Counted from the first letter of the stretch, positions 9,623-19,870 are shown. The stretch: DNA of 64,000 nt from Nocardioidaceae bacterium (GCA_035692425.1 DASSHZ010000004.1:4461-68460); one strand, 5' to 3'. Translations and numbers: made by a program. The notes: generated from the letters alone by a model not told the origin.

Positions 9623-9700
9623 CCGCGGCCTCTTTCTCTGATGGGTCGACCACGGGGCTCGCCCGATCGGGGAGCACGCTCGCGTGGCAGCATCGTACCC

Positions 9701-10882
9701 ATGCGCGCGAAACCCGAGGACAAGTTCTCGTTCGGCCTCTGGACGGTCGGCTGGCAGGCCCGCGATCCCTTCGGGGACGCCACCCGCGCGCCGCTCGACC
9801 CAGTCGAGGCGGTGCACCGGCTGGCGGAGGTCGGCGCCTACGGAATCTCCTTCCACGACGACGATCTGGTGCCCTTCGGCAGCGACGAGGCGGAGCGCGA
9901 GCGAATCGTCAAGCGGTTCGTGGCAGCGCTCGACGAGACCGGCCTCGTCGTACCGATGGCCACCACGAACCTGTTCTTCCATCCGGTCTTCAAGGACGGG
10001 GCCTTCACGAACAACGACCGGGACATCCGTCGCTACGCCATCCGCAAGGTGCTGCGCAACCTCGACCTGGCGGCCGAGCTCGGTGCCGCGACCTACGTGT
10101 TCTGGGGCGGCCGGGAGGGTGCCGAGTCCGACCTCGGCAAGGACGTGCGGGCGGCGCTGGACCGCTACCGCGAGGCCATCGACGTCCTGTGCGACTACGT
10201 GATCGGCCAGCAGTACCCGATCCGCTTCGCGATCGAGCCGAAGCCCAACGAGCCGCGCGGCGACATCCTGTTGCCGACGGTGGGCAGCGCCCTGGCGTTC
10301 ATCTCCACGCTGTCGCACCCCGAGATGGTCGGCGTCAACCCGGAGGTGGGCCACGAGCAGATGGCCGGGCTGAACTTCGCACACAGCATCGCCGAGGCGC
10401 TCTGGCACGGCAAGCTGTTCCACCTCGACCTCAACGGCCAGCACGGGCCGCGCTTCGACCAGGACCTGATCTTCGGCCATGGCGACCTGCTCAACGCGTT
10501 CGCGCTTGTCGACCTGCTCGAGCAAGGTGGGCCCGACGGCACCCCGGCGTACGACGGGCCAAGGCACTTCGACTACAAGCCGCTCCGTACCGAGGACATG
10601 GCCGGCGTCTGGGCGTCCGCGGCCGCCAACATCAGCACCTACCTGTTGCTCCGGGAGCGGGCAAAGTCGTTCCGTGCCGATCCAGAGGTCGCGGCCGCGC
10701 TCGAGGCGACCCGGACCGCCGGCCTGGCTGCCGCGACGCTTGGCCCCGGGGAGTCGGCGCGCGACCTGCTCGCCGACGGCGCCAGCTTCGAGGAGTTCGA
10801 TGTCGCCGCTGCCGGCGGGCGGGGCTACGGCTATGCCCGGCTCAACCAGCTGGCACTCGAGCACCTCCTGGGCGCGCGCTAG
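9701..10882 (+). CDS. xylA: Xylose isomerase (class I, actinobacterial type)
   Basis: [29 protein letters not shown] and [11 protein letters not shown] motifs. ATG at 9701. Confidence 0.95.
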   Translation: MRAKPEDKFSFGLWTVGWQARDPFGDATRAPLDPVEAVHRLAEVGAYGISFHDDDLVPFGSDEAERERIVKRFVAALDETGLVVPMATTNLFFHPVFKDGAFTNNDRDIRRYAIRKVLRNLDLAAELGAATYVFWGGREGAESDLGKDVRAALDRYREAIDVLCDYVIGQQYPIRFAIEPKPNEPRGDILLPTVGSALAFISTLSHPEMVGVNPEVGHEQMAGLNFAHSIAEALWHGKLFHLDLNGQHGPRFDQDLIFGHGDLLNAFALVDLLEQGGPDGTPAYDGPRHFDYKPLRTEDMAGVWASAAANISTYLLLRERAKSFRADPEVAAALEATRTAGLAAATLGPGESARDLLADGASFEEFDVAAAGGRGYGYARLNQLALEHLLGAR

Positions 10883-10898
10883 CCGGCACGGCCCGGAC

Positions 10899-12338
10899 AT
10901 GACGCTCGTCGCGGGCATCGACTCATCGACCCAGGCCTGCAAGGTGATGGTCGTCGACGCGGCGACCGGAGCCGTCGTCCGCCGCGGGCGGGCTCCCCAT
11001 CCCGACGGCACCGAGGTGCAGCCCGAGGCGTGGCTGGACGCAGCCCGTGCGGCGCTGGCCGACGCCGGTGGACTGGGCGGCGTGGCGGCCCTCTCGGTCG
11101 CCGGGCAGCAGCACGGCATGGTCTGCCTGGATGAGGCCGGGGCCGTGGTCCGACCGGCACTGCTGTGGAACGATGTGCGGTCCGCGTCCGCCGCCAGCCA
11201 GCTGGTGGCGGAGCTCGCCAACACCGAAGCCGGTGGCAGCGGCGAAGCGGCGTGGGCGGCCGCGGTCGGCAGCGTTCCACTGGCGGCGTTCACGGTCGCG
11301 AAGCTCCGCTGGCTTCGCGACCACGAGCCCGGCTGCGCGGACCGGACTGCCGCTGTGTGCCTGCCGCACGACTGGCTCACCTGGCGGCTGAGCGGCGGGG
11401 CGGACCCGACTGCGGTTACCACCGACCGCAGCGACGCGAGCGGTACCGGCTACTGGTCTCCGCGGGAGGGTCGCTACCGGGGCGACCTGCTCAGCCTCGC
11501 CCTGGGATCCAAGCCGGCGGTGCCGGCAGTGCTCGGACCGTCGGAGCCGGCGGGCACGCTCACGGTGCCGGGCGCGCTGGGCGGCAAACTGCTCGGGCCC
11601 GGGGCCGGCGACAACGCGGCGGCAGCACTGGGCCTGGACGCGCAGCCGGGCGACGTCGTGGTGTCGGTCGGTACGTCGGGCGTGGTGTCCGCGGTGTGCG
11701 AGCACCCGACCGGCGACCCCAGCGGACAGGTCGCGGGCTTCGCGGACGCGACCGGGAGATACCTGCCGCTGGCGTGCACGCTGAACGCCGCCCGGGTGCT
11801 CCAGGCGGCAGCCCGCCTCCTCGGGGTCGGCCTGGCCGAGCTCTCTCGGCTCGCCCTGCGGGCGCCGACTGGCGCGGACGGCCTGGTGATGGTCCCCTAT
11901 CTGGACGGCGAGCGCACGCCGAACCGGCCCGACGCGACCGGAGCGGTGCACGGTCTGCGCCGGGAAACCGCGACGCCGGAGCACCTCGCCCGCGCAGCCT
12001 TCGAGGGTGTCCTCTGCGGGCTGGCGGACGCCCTCGACGCAGTCCGTGCCTGTGGAGCGCCGCTGCGGCGCGTCGTGCTCGTCGGTGGCGGCGCCGGCTC
12101 GGAGGCACTTCGCGCACTGGCCCCGGCTGTCCTCGGCTGCCCGGTCGACGTCCCGGCGGCCGGCGAGTACGTGGCTCGCGGCGCCGCGCGACAGGCCGCG
12201 TGGGCGCTGGCCGGCGGGCCCGAGCCGCCCGCGTGGCAGCCGTTGGTGACGGCGCGCTACGAGGCCGACCCGCAGCCCGCCGTACGGCGGCGCTATCGAG
12301 CGGCAGCCGGCCTCTTCGTCCCCCGGCCGGGTGTCTGA
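10899..12338 (+). CDS. xylB: Xylulokinase (FGGY family)
   Basis: [20 protein letters not shown] start plus an FGGY C-terminal GGGA motif. It follows xylA after 16 nt. Confidence 0.9.
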   Translation: MTLVAGIDSSTQACKVMVVDAATGAVVRRGRAPHPDGTEVQPEAWLDAARAALADAGGLGGVAALSVAGQQHGMVCLDEAGAVVRPALLWNDVRSASAASQLVAELANTEAGGSGEAAWAAAVGSVPLAAFTVAKLRWLRDHEPGCADRTAAVCLPHDWLTWRLSGGADPTAVTTDRSDASGTGYWSPREGRYRGDLLSLALGSKPAVPAVLGPSEPAGTLTVPGALGGKLLGPGAGDNAAAALGLDAQPGDVVVSVGTSGVVSAVCEHPTGDPSGQVAGFADATGRYLPLACTLNAARVLQAAARLLGVGLAELSRLALRAPTGADGLVMVPYLDGERTPNRPDATGAVHGLRRETATPEHLARAAFEGVLCGLADALDAVRACGAPLRRVVLVGGGAGSEALRALAPAVLGCPVDVPAAGEYVARGAARQAAWALAGGPEPPAWQPLVTARYEADPQPAVRRRYRAAAGLFVPRPGV

Positions 12339-12416
12339 GGGCATACCTCGACGCCGCCGCCAGCCTCCTGGCTGCCGCCCACCCGCCCCGCCCTGCGTCC
12401 TGCAGAGTGCGTCCGA

Positions 12417-12442
12417 TTGGTCTCCCGATACTTGGTCTCCCG
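12417..12442 (+). repeat. Direct repeat TTGGTCTCCCG - ATAC - TTGGTCTCCCG upstream of the phosphoesterase gene
   Basis: Two identical 11-mers at 12417-12427 and 12432-12442, about 210-235 nt upstream of ATG 12651. Confidence 0.5.
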
Positions 12443-12650
12443 CTGCCGGACGCTGCGGTCAGCGGAGGCAAGGACACGGCAGCCGTTGACGAACTGCACG
12501 CCGGTCTTCGTCACATCTGCGGCGGTTTCGACGGGCTCTGGACCTTTACGGCCGAACCGCGCCGGGTGTTGGCTGCCCAAGTAAGGGGGTTTGCGGCGGG
12601 TTGAGTTCCTCGCCGTGGCTCCCACTCGGCCCCCATTAGGAGGAGCGCAA

Positions 12651-13799
12651 ATGAGAGTCACGAGAAAGGTAGGCGTACTGGTCGGGACCATGGCCCTGGT
12701 CGGTGCCGCCGTCGGGTCCAACGCGCTGGCCGCGCCGAGCCGGTCGGGTGCGGGCGTGCACGGCCAGACCCTGAGCCACGTGTTCATCATCATGGAGGAG
12801 AACCACGCCCTGGATCACACCATCGGGGACATCAACCCGGCGACTGGTCAGCTCTCGATGCCGTTCCTGACCCGGATGGCCCACAAGTACGGCCAGGCGA
12901 CCCAGTACTACGGCGTGACTCACACCAGCGAGCCGAACTACATCGCCGCGACCAGCGGCAGCAACTGGGGGGTGAACAACGACGACGGGTGGTACCCGAC
13001 GTCGACGAACCCGAACGTCAACCACTACGACCACACCGACATCGTCGACGAGTTGGATGCAGCGCACATCCCCTGGGCTGCCTACATGCAGGCGATGCCG
13101 TCCGCCGGCTACCTGCCCGACAGCGGCAACGGCGGGCTGTACCTGAGCAAGCACAACCCGTTCGTCCTCTACAACGACATCCACAACAACCCGTCGGTCG
13201 CCAAGAACATCAAGCCGTACTCGGACATGGCGCGGGAGCTGAACAGCGCACACAGCCCGCGCTATGTGTGGATCAGCCCCGACATCTGCACCGACATGCA
13301 CCTAGGCGTCTACAGCTCCGTGCCGGGCTTCGAGAACGAGACCCCGTGCCCGTACCCGAACGCGATTGGTGACCCGGTCGATGAGGCATCCAAGACCGTC
13401 GCGGACAACTTCATCAGAAGGGCGGTCTCGACGATCATGAACAGCAAGGCGTGGACCGGGAACAGCGTCATCTTCATCACCGCCGACGAGACGGACTACG
13501 ACGCTTCCATGCCCGCGATCGGCGACTACTTCTCCGCCGCCGGCTGCTGCGACTCGCCGGTTCTCCCGGCCGGTGACCCCGACATCAGCCCGGACTGGCC
13601 AGGCGGTGTTTACGGCGGCGGGCTGGTCCCGATGGTCGTCATCAGCCGCCAGGGGCCGATGCACGCGACCGACGGTACGGCGTACAACCACTACTCGATG
13701 TTGTTGACGATCGAGGAGGGCCTCGGCCTAGGCAAGCTCGGCTACACGAGCGACTCGGCCCAGGTCAAGCCCATGTGGAGCCTGATCAACCGGCCCTGA
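12651..13799 (+). CDS. Secreted phosphoesterase-family protein (AcpA / phospholipase C superfamily)
   Basis: RBS AGGAGG lies 8 nt upstream of ATG 12651. Signal peptide is followed by FIIMEENHALDH, SPDICTDMH and IFITADETD motifs. Confidence 0.85.
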   Translation: MRVTRKVGVLVGTMALVGAAVGSNALAAPSRSGAGVHGQTLSHVFIIMEENHALDHTIGDINPATGQLSMPFLTRMAHKYGQATQYYGVTHTSEPNYIAATSGSNWGVNNDDGWYPTSTNPNVNHYDHTDIVDELDAAHIPWAAYMQAMPSAGYLPDSGNGGLYLSKHNPFVLYNDIHNNPSVAKNIKPYSDMARELNSAHSPRYVWISPDICTDMHLGVYSSVPGFENETPCPYPNAIGDPVDEASKTVADNFIRRAVSTIMNSKAWTGNSVIFITADETDYDASMPAIGDYFSAAGCCDSPVLPAGDPDISPDWPGGVYGGGLVPMVVISRQGPMHATDGTAYNHYSMLLTIEEGLGLGKLGYTSDSAQVKPMWSLINRP

Positions 13800-13814
13800 C
13801 CGAGCAGGGCTCGG
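13800..13814 (+). terminator. Hairpin CCGAGC-AGG-GCTCGG directly after the phosphoesterase stop
   Basis: Perfect 6-bp stem with a 3-nt loop starting 1 nt after TGA 13797-13799, in a convergent gap. There is no T-tract, so function is unproven. Confidence 0.3.
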
Positions 13815-13887
13815 GACGAGGAGAGCGGGTCCACCGAGAGCCGGGGCGCCCCCGCACCGACGTACGGGGCGTGGCCGGCGAGAGGGA

Positions 13888-14166
13888 TCAGCCGGAGGCG
13901 TTTGGACGGTCGTCGCGATCTGCCGGGGGGGCGGCCGCAGCCGGGTCGGCGGTCGCGTCGTCGGTAGCGTCGGCACCGCCGCCGGCTTCGCCGTCGGGCT
14001 TCGTCCCGTCCCGATATGGGACCTTGATCTTCTTCAGCTGACGGTTCATGTTGCGCCAGAGCAAGAAGCTGGCAATGCAGAGCGCGAGCACGATTATCAG
14101 CGCCAGCCACCCCGGCTTGACCTTGCTCGGGCTCACCTCGGCGAGGATGAGCACGACAGAGCTCAT
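13888..14166 (-). CDS. Small membrane protein (one TM, acidic/Ala-rich tail)
   Basis: Hydrophobic segment WLALIIVLALCIASFLLW. An ATGA overlap couples its start to the mca stop. Confidence 0.55.
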   Translation of the reverse strand: MSSVVLILAEVSPSKVKPGWLALIIVLALCIASFLLWRNMNRQLKKIKVPYRDGTKPDGEAGGGADATDDATADPAAAAPPADRDDRPNASG

Positions 14167-15068
14167 GCCTCAATGCTCTCGCGCAGGCCGTCGTACGTGT
14201 CCACCAGGCCGCGCACCCCGGCGAAGAGGTCGTCCTCGGGCAGGGTGACCGACACCAGCGACCTGGCCAGCTCGAAGTCCTCGGTCGGCCACGCCTCCTG
14301 CGCCAGGTCGAGCGGGATGGCGAACCAGTGCCCGTCGGGGTCGATCTGCGTGGCATGGGCCAGCAGCGCCTGGTCGCGGACCGGGAAGAAGTCCGCGCAG
14401 GGCACCCGCGTGGTCACCCGACGCTCGTGCTCGGGGTCCGGGGTCCAGCGCTCCAGCCGCTCGGTGTACGGCGACTCGAGCCCACGCGCCAGCATCGCCT
14501 CGTGCAGCGCCACTATCCGGTCGCGGTGGAAGGTGTGCTGGTAGTAGAGCTTCAACGGCTGCCAGGGGGTGCCCGCCTCGGGGTAGGCGTCGGCGTCCCC
14601 GGCCGTCTCCCAGGCCCGCATGCTCACCCGATGGCACATCACGTGGTCGGGATGGGGATAGCCGCCCTTCTCGTCGTAGGTCGTCACCACGTGCGGACGG
14701 AACGAGCGCATCAGCGCCACGAGTGGTGCGGCCGCCTCGTCGAGGGGAACGGCGGCGAAGCTGCCGGCGGGCAGCGGCGGAGGAGGGTCGGCGTCCGGCC
14801 AGCCGGAGTCGACGAACCCGAGCCAGTCCTGGCTGACCCCGAGGATGTCCCGGGCCGCCGCCATCTCCTGCCGACGGATCTCCACGAGGTGGGCACGCAC
14901 CTCTGGCCGGTCCATCCTTGGGTTCAGCACCGACCCCCGCTCGCCACCGGTGCAGGTGACGACGTGGACGTCGACGCCCTCGGCGACGTACTTGGCGGTG
15001 CTTGCCGCGCCCTTGCTCGACTCGTCGTCGGGGTGCGCATGGACGTGCATCAGTCGAAGCTGCGACAC
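14163..15068 (-). CDS. mca: Mycothiol S-conjugate amidase (LmbE/MshB family)
   Basis: MSQLRLMHVHAHPDDESSKGAASTAKYVAEG matches the Mca-type N-terminus and Zn motif. Confidence 0.9.
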   Translation of the reverse strand: MSQLRLMHVHAHPDDESSKGAASTAKYVAEGVDVHVVTCTGGERGSVLNPRMDRPEVRAHLVEIRRQEMAAARDILGVSQDWLGFVDSGWPDADPPPPLPAGSFAAVPLDEAAAPLVALMRSFRPHVVTTYDEKGGYPHPDHVMCHRVSMRAWETAGDADAYPEAGTPWQPLKLYYQHTFHRDRIVALHEAMLARGLESPYTERLERWTPDPEHERRVTTRVPCADFFPVRDQALLAHATQIDPDGHWFAIPLDLAQEAWPTEDFELARSLVSVTLPEDDLFAGVRGLVDTYDGLRESIEA

Positions 15069-15309
15069 CGGCCCACCTCGTCATCCGCCTGCGGGGGATC
15101 CTGGACGGACGTACTCGATGCGGCCACCCGCCGGAGGTCGCCCGCGACCGGGCGCCCGCATCGAGCACGAACTCCCGATCATAGTCTGCGTACGCCCGAG
15201 CCCGGGGCCACCCATGGCGGGCCGACGGCCGGGCGCCTGCCGCCTGAGTGACAATGGATGCCGGCGGGTCACCGGAGCGGGACCGTGGGCATACGCAGGA
15301 AGGAGGACG

Positions 15310-15714
15310 GTGGACGCAGCCTCTGATGCGACCGCGGCCAGGCAGCAGCTGGCCAGCCGCTACGGCACGGGCCCCCGCGGTGGGCACCGGCTCGGGTATG
15401 TGGTCGTGGCGATCCTGGCTGTCCTGCTCGCCGCCTGGGCAGTCTGGGCTGCCGTCGGCGAGGGCAACCAGGCGAGCGGCCAGCTGCGGTCCTACGACGT
15501 CGTGTCGGCCCACCGGGTGAAGGTGAGCGTCGACGTACAGCGGCCCACCGGATCCACCCTGCGATGCACGGTACGGGCACTCGCGACCGACCACTCCGTG
15601 GTAGGTCAGATCGTGCTGGTGTGGGGGAGCGGCCAGCCGGGCGCCGCCAACCTCTCGGGGGTGGTGCGCACCGACCGAGAGGCCACCGCGGCCGAGCTGG
15701 TCGGCTGTCGCTGA
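15310..15714 (+). CDS. DUF4307-like membrane-anchored protein
   Basis: RBS AGGAGGA then GTG 15310. One TM (YVVVAILAVLLAAWAVWAAV) followed by a beta-rich domain. It sits between mca and greA, as Rv1081c does in M. tuberculosis. Confidence 0.6.
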   Translation: MDAASDATAARQQLASRYGTGPRGGHRLGYVVVAILAVLLAAWAVWAAVGEGNQASGQLRSYDVVSAHRVKVSVDVQRPTGSTLRCTVRALATDHSVVGQIVLVWGSGQPGAANLSGVVRTDREATAAELVGCR

Positions 15715-15891
15715 CCGCAGGCGGGCAGTAGCCCCCAGGTCGCCGGGGGCGCCACCCGAAGTGGCCGTCGGACCGCCCGCCTGCCCGTCGCCGCCTATAT
15801 TGGAGTGCAGCGGGCGACCGAGTTGGTAGCCTCATGGTTTCGCCGACCGCACCCGCTCAGTCAATGTGCCCGCACACGAGGAGTTCTCGCT

Positions 15892-16389
15892 TTGACGACA
15901 CAACCGACGACCGAGGTCATCTGGCTCACCCAGGAGGCCCACGATCGGCTCGTTGCCGAGCTGGACAACCTCCGCGGACCGGTGCGCGCCGAGATCTCGC
16001 AACGGATCGCGGATGCTCGCGAGGAGGGCGACCTGCGGGAGAACGGCGGCTACCACGCGGCCCGGGAGGAGCAGAGCAAGACCGAGTCGCGCATCCTGCA
16101 GCTCGAGGACATGCTCAGCCGGGCCCGGGTCGGGGAGACACCTCCCGACGACGGGATCGTGGAGGCTGGGATGGTGGTGACAGTCCGCTTTGCCGGCGAC
16201 TCGGAGACCGAGACGTTCCTGCTGGCGGCGCGGGAGGCCCGCGACCCGGGGGTCACGGTCTACTCACCGCAGTCCCCGCTCGGGGGCGCGATCGTGGGCA
16301 AGCGGGTCGGTGACACGGCGACGTACAACGCGCCGAGCGGCCGGCCGATCACCGTCGAGGTCGTCGCCGCCAAGCCCTTCGCCGGCTGA
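15892..16389 (+). CDS. greA: Transcription elongation factor GreA
   Basis: WLTQEAHDRLVAELDNL...DLRENGGYHAAREEQ. TTG 15892 is preceded by GAGGAG. Confidence 0.9.
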   Translation: MTTQPTTEVIWLTQEAHDRLVAELDNLRGPVRAEISQRIADAREEGDLRENGGYHAAREEQSKTESRILQLEDMLSRARVGETPPDDGIVEAGMVVTVRFAGDSETETFLLAAREARDPGVTVYSPQSPLGGAIVGKRVGDTATYNAPSGRPITVEVVAAKPFAG

Positions 16390-16406
16390 ACAGAGCTGGC
16401 GCGGAG

Positions 16407-16420
16407 AACTCGGCCGAGTT
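16407..16420. repeat. 14-bp perfect palindrome AACTCGGCCGAGTT in the greA/ilvA convergent gap (possible bidirectional terminator hairpin)
   Basis: Read directly. The gap is only 45 nt. Confidence 0.3.
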
Positions 16421-16434
16421 GCCCAACGAGGCTC

Positions 16435-17661
16435 TCAGGCCGCCAGCACCTCGTAGCCGCACTCCGCTAGCAGGCGCAGGACCTGGGCCCGGTGCTCGGC
16501 GCTGCGCGTCTCCATCTGCAAGATCACGTCGACCTGGTCGAGCGGCAGCGAGTCGCCGGTGCGCGCGTGCACGACGTCGAGGACGTTGGCCTCGGCCTCA
16601 CTGAGCAGCGTGAGCAGGCGGGCGAGGCCGCCCGGGCGGTCCGCGATCCGGCACCTGACGGCGAGGTAGCGGCCCTGGGCAGCCATCCCGTGGCGGATCA
16701 CGCGCATCAGCAGCACCGGGTCGATGTTGCCGCCGGACAGGACGGCGACGACCGGGCCGGCGAAGTCGTGCGGGTTGTCCATCATCGCCGCGACCGCGGC
16801 CGCGCCGGCCGGCTCGACGACCAGCTTGGCCCGCTCCAGCAGCGCGAGCACCGCCCGGCTGAGGGACTCCTCCGACACGGTGCGGACCTCGTCGACATGC
16901 GCTTGCACGGCGGTGAAGGGGATCTCGCCGGGGCAGCCGACCGCTATCCCGTCGGCCATCGTGGCCATGCTCTCGAGCGGCACCGGATGCCCCGCCGCCA
17001 GGGACGCCGGGTACGCCGCCGCGCCCTCCGCCTGTACGCCGACGACGCGCAGGTCCGGCTTGCGGCCCTTCAGCGCCGTCGCGACACCGGCAAGGAAGCC
17101 CCCGCCGCCGGTTGGTACCACGACCGTGCGGGCGTCGGGGCGCTGGTCGAGGATCTCCAGGCCGCAGGTCCCCTGTCCGGTGACGATGTCCTCATGGTCG
17201 AACGGGTGGATCAGGACCGCCCCAGTGCGGGCCGAGAACTGCTGTGCCGCCTCCAGGGCATCCTCGATCGTGTGTCCGGCGAAGGCGACGTCGGCGCCGT
17301 ACGCGCGAGTCGCCCGCTCCTTGGGGATCGGTGCCCCGTTGGGCATGAAGACCGTCGCCCGGATGCCGAGCAGCGAGGCGGCGAGGGCGACCCCTTGGGC
17401 GTGGTTGCCCGCGCTGGCCGCGACCACCCCGCGGCGCCGTTCCTCCGCAGTCAGCCGGCTGATCCGCAGATAGGCGCCTCGGATCTTGAAGGAGCCGGTG
17501 CGCTGCAGGTTCTCGCACTTGAGCGAAACGTCCTGGTCGCAGAGGGCGCTGAGCCACCGGGAGCCCTCCATCGGGGTGACCAGCGCAGTTCCGGCCAGGG
17601 CCTCGCGGGCAGCCTCGATCCGCTCGACCGTGACGCCTGGCCCGGCGTCACCGGCCAGCAT
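16435..17661 (-). CDS. ilvA: Threonine ammonia-lyase (PLP-dependent, with C-terminal ACT-like domain)
   Basis: CENLQRTGSFKIRGA lysine motif and GGGGF loop. Start trimmed to MLAGD (ATG 17661). Confidence 0.9.
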   Translation of the reverse strand: MLAGDAGPGVTVERIEAAREALAGTALVTPMEGSRWLSALCDQDVSLKCENLQRTGSFKIRGAYLRISRLTAEERRRGVVAASAGNHAQGVALAASLLGIRATVFMPNGAPIPKERATRAYGADVAFAGHTIEDALEAAQQFSARTGAVLIHPFDHEDIVTGQGTCGLEILDQRPDARTVVVPTGGGGFLAGVATALKGRKPDLRVVGVQAEGAAAYPASLAAGHPVPLESMATMADGIAVGCPGEIPFTAVQAHVDEVRTVSEESLSRAVLALLERAKLVVEPAGAAAVAAMMDNPHDFAGPVVAVLSGGNIDPVLLMRVIRHGMAAQGRYLAVRCRIADRPGGLARLLTLLSEAEANVLDVVHARTGDSLPLDQVDVILQMETRSAEHRAQVLRLLAECGYEVLAA

Positions 17662-17768
17662 CGTCACCGGCCTGCATGGCAGCAGCGTACTGGCCGGCTC
17701 GGGGCGTTGTCCTTGGCGTCCGATCAGGGCATTTGCTTGCGGCACACATCTACATGTATGGTTGCGCC

Positions 17769-18248
17769 ATGCAACTGCATGAGGAGGCGTATGTCGACGA
17801 GGCGCCGGCTACCCCCGAGGCTGCCCTGGTCGCACTGCTGATGCAGGCGGGTCGCCGACTCCGCACTCGCCATCCCGAGGACCAGGTCGAGCCATCTTGC
17901 TTCCCCCTCGCCAAGCACCTCCTCCATTCGCCGGTCCGGATCTCCGACCTGGCCGCTCGCGTCCAGCTCGACACCTCAACCGTCAGCCGGCAGGTGAAGA
18001 TGCTCGAGGACCGGGGGATCGTCCAGCGGACGCCAGACCCCGAGGACGGGCGCGCCAGCCTGGTCCAGTTCACCGCGGAGGGCCGCACGGTGATGCTCGC
18101 GGCGTTCCATCGCCGGTTGGCGCGCATCAAGGCCGTCCTGGAGCCGTGGAGCGAGCGCGACCGGACCCGGCTGCAGGAGCTGCTGACGAGACTGGCGGCC
18201 GACCTGCGAGCCGCCAACGACTTCGACGAGACACGGAGTGCCAAGTGA
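17769..18248 (+). CDS. MarR-family transcriptional regulator
   Basis: Winged HTH RISDLAARVQLDTSTVSRQVKMLEDRGIV. Its stop overlaps the GTG of the MFS gene. Confidence 0.85.
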   Translation: MQLHEEAYVDEAPATPEAALVALLMQAGRRLRTRHPEDQVEPSCFPLAKHLLHSPVRISDLAARVQLDTSTVSRQVKMLEDRGIVQRTPDPEDGRASLVQFTAEGRTVMLAAFHRRLARIKAVLEPWSERDRTRLQELLTRLAADLRAANDFDETRSAK

Positions 18249-19870
18249 GCCAGACGTTGCCGCAGACCAGCGCCGCCGATGACGAGAGCTACCTGTCTCA
18301 CCGCCAGATCCTGGTGGTGATGGGCGGCCTGATGGCCGGGATGTTCCTTGGCGCCCTCGACCAATCCATCGTCGCGACCGCGCTGCCTACGATCACCAGC
18401 CAGCTCGGCGGGCTGGACAAGCTCTCGTGGGTCGTCACGGCGTACCTGTTGACGGCGACCGCCGTCACTCCGCTATGGGGCAAGATCTCCGACCTGTACG
18501 GCCGCAAGCGGATCTTCCAGCTGGCCATCGTGGTGTTCCTGGTCGGCTCCCTGTTGTCGGGAATGAGCCAGAACATCGAGGAGCTCATCGCGTTCCGCGC
18601 CTTCCAGGGGATCGGCGGTGGCGGGCTGTTCGCGCTCGCGATGGCGACGATGGGCGACATCGTGCCGCCCCGGGAGCGCGGCAAGTACGGCGGCTACTTC
18701 GGCGCGGTGTTCGGCACCTCCAGCGTGCTCGGCCCGGTCCTGGGCGGCTTCTTCGCCGACCTGCACAGCACGCCGCTGATCGGCTCGGGTTGGCGGTGGA
18801 TCTTCTACGTCAACCTGCCCATCGGGATCGCCGCCCTGGTGGTGACCTCGGTCGCCCTGAGGATCCACCACGTGCGGCGTAACCACAAGGTCGACTACCT
18901 CGGGGCCACGACCATCGTGGCCGCGGTCAGCTCGCTGCTGCTCTACACCAGCTGGGCCGGGCCCGACCAGGGCTGGTTCTCCGGTCTGGGGCTCGTACTG
19001 GTCGTGGTCGGCGTACTGCTCGGCGCGCTGTTCGTGTGGGTTGAGCACCGGGCGCCCGAGCCGATCATCCCCATGGAGCTCTTCCGCAACCAGATCTTCA
19101 CGACTAGCAATATCTTCGGCTGCATCATCGGCTTCGCGATGTTCGGCACGCTCGTGTTCATGCCGGTCTACCTGCAGGTCGTGGACGACATGAGCCCCAC
19201 GAGGTCCGGTCTGGCGCTGCTGCCGATGGTGATCGGGATCTTCAGCACCTCGATCTCCTCCGGCCTCGCCATGACGCGGACCGGCCGCTACAAGATCTTC
19301 CCGGTCATGGGCGCGACCGGCGTCATCGTGGCGCTGTTCCTGCTCTCCCGGCTGACCCCGGCGAGCCCGTACTGGCAGGTGGCGGTGTTCATCTACATCT
19401 TCGGCGCCGGGCTCGGCCTGACGATGCAGACCATCGTGACCGCCGTACAGAACTCCATCGACCGCAAGCACATGGGCTCGGCCACCAGCTCGGTGATGTT
19501 CTTCCGGCAGCTGGGTGGGACGTTCGGGGCAGCCGTGTTCGGCGCGATCCTCACCACCCGGCTGGCCGCGCACATGGCCCAGGAGTTCGGCCCAGCCGCG
19601 GCGGCGAAGCTCGGAGGGGGCTCGGTCACCGGCAACGTCGACAAGGTCAAGGCCCTCAAGGAGGTCGCGCCGGTGATCTACCACAAGGTGCTGGACGCCT
19701 TCTCGATGTCGCTGGACAACGTCTTCCTGTGGGCGATCCCGGCGGTGCTGCTCGCCCTCGTGGTCTCGCTGTTCATCCGCGAGATCCCGCTCAAGTCGCG
19801 TAGCAACGGTGACGGCGGGCCGGCCGGGGGTGCCGGCCACGACCAGGAGTTGCCAGTCCCCGTCGGCTGA
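18245..19870 (+). CDS. MFS drug-efflux transporter (DHA2/EmrB-like, 14 TM)
   Basis: ALDQSIVATALPTI and LWGKISDLYGRKR motifs. GTGA coupling to marR. Confidence 0.9.
   Translation: MSQTLPQTSAADDESYLSHRQILVVMGGLMAGMFLGALDQSIVATALPTITSQLGGLDKLSWVVTAYLLTATAVTPLWGKISDLYGRKRIFQLAIVVFLVGSLLSGMSQNIEELIAFRAFQGIGGGGLFALAMATMGDIVPPRERGKYGGYFGAVFGTSSVLGPVLGGFFADLHSTPLIGSGWRWIFYVNLPIGIAALVVTSVALRIHHVRRNHKVDYLGATTIVAAVSSLLLYTSWAGPDQGWFSGLGLVLVVVGVLLGALFVWVEHRAPEPIIPMELFRNQIFTTSNIFGCIIGFAMFGTLVFMPVYLQVVDDMSPTRSGLALLPMVIGIFSTSISSGLAMTRTGRYKIFPVMGATGVIVALFLLSRLTPASPYWQVAVFIYIFGAGLGLTMQTIVTAVQNSIDRKHMGSATSSVMFFRQLGGTFGAAVFGAILTTRLAAHMAQEFGPAAAAKLGGGSVTGNVDKVKALKEVAPVIYHKVLDAFSMSLDNVFLWAIPAVLLALVVSLFIREIPLKSRSNGDGGPAGGAGHDQELPVPVG

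Noticed and set aside
9675-9686. Inverted repeat CACGC-TC-GCGTG upstream of xylA as a second LacI operator
   Set aside because: It is short, entirely GC-rich and unlike the TGTnAGCGCTnACA site at 8487. Chance occurrence is plausible in this composition.
8582-11422. 946-aa minus-strand ORF spanning the LacI gene and running antisense through xylA and xylB
   Set aside because: Only the C-terminal ~346 aa look like a real protein (LacI HTH plus sugar-binding fold). The rest is Arg/Pro/Gly-rich shadow translation opposite the unmistakable xylA/xylB genes, so the call was trimmed to 8582-9622.
12417-12442. Calling the direct repeat a bona fide PHO box
   Set aside because: The unit matches the Streptomyces PHO-box core at only ~5/7 positions and the period is 15 bp rather than 11 bp. 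It is kept only as an unexplained repeat with a tentative regulatory reading.
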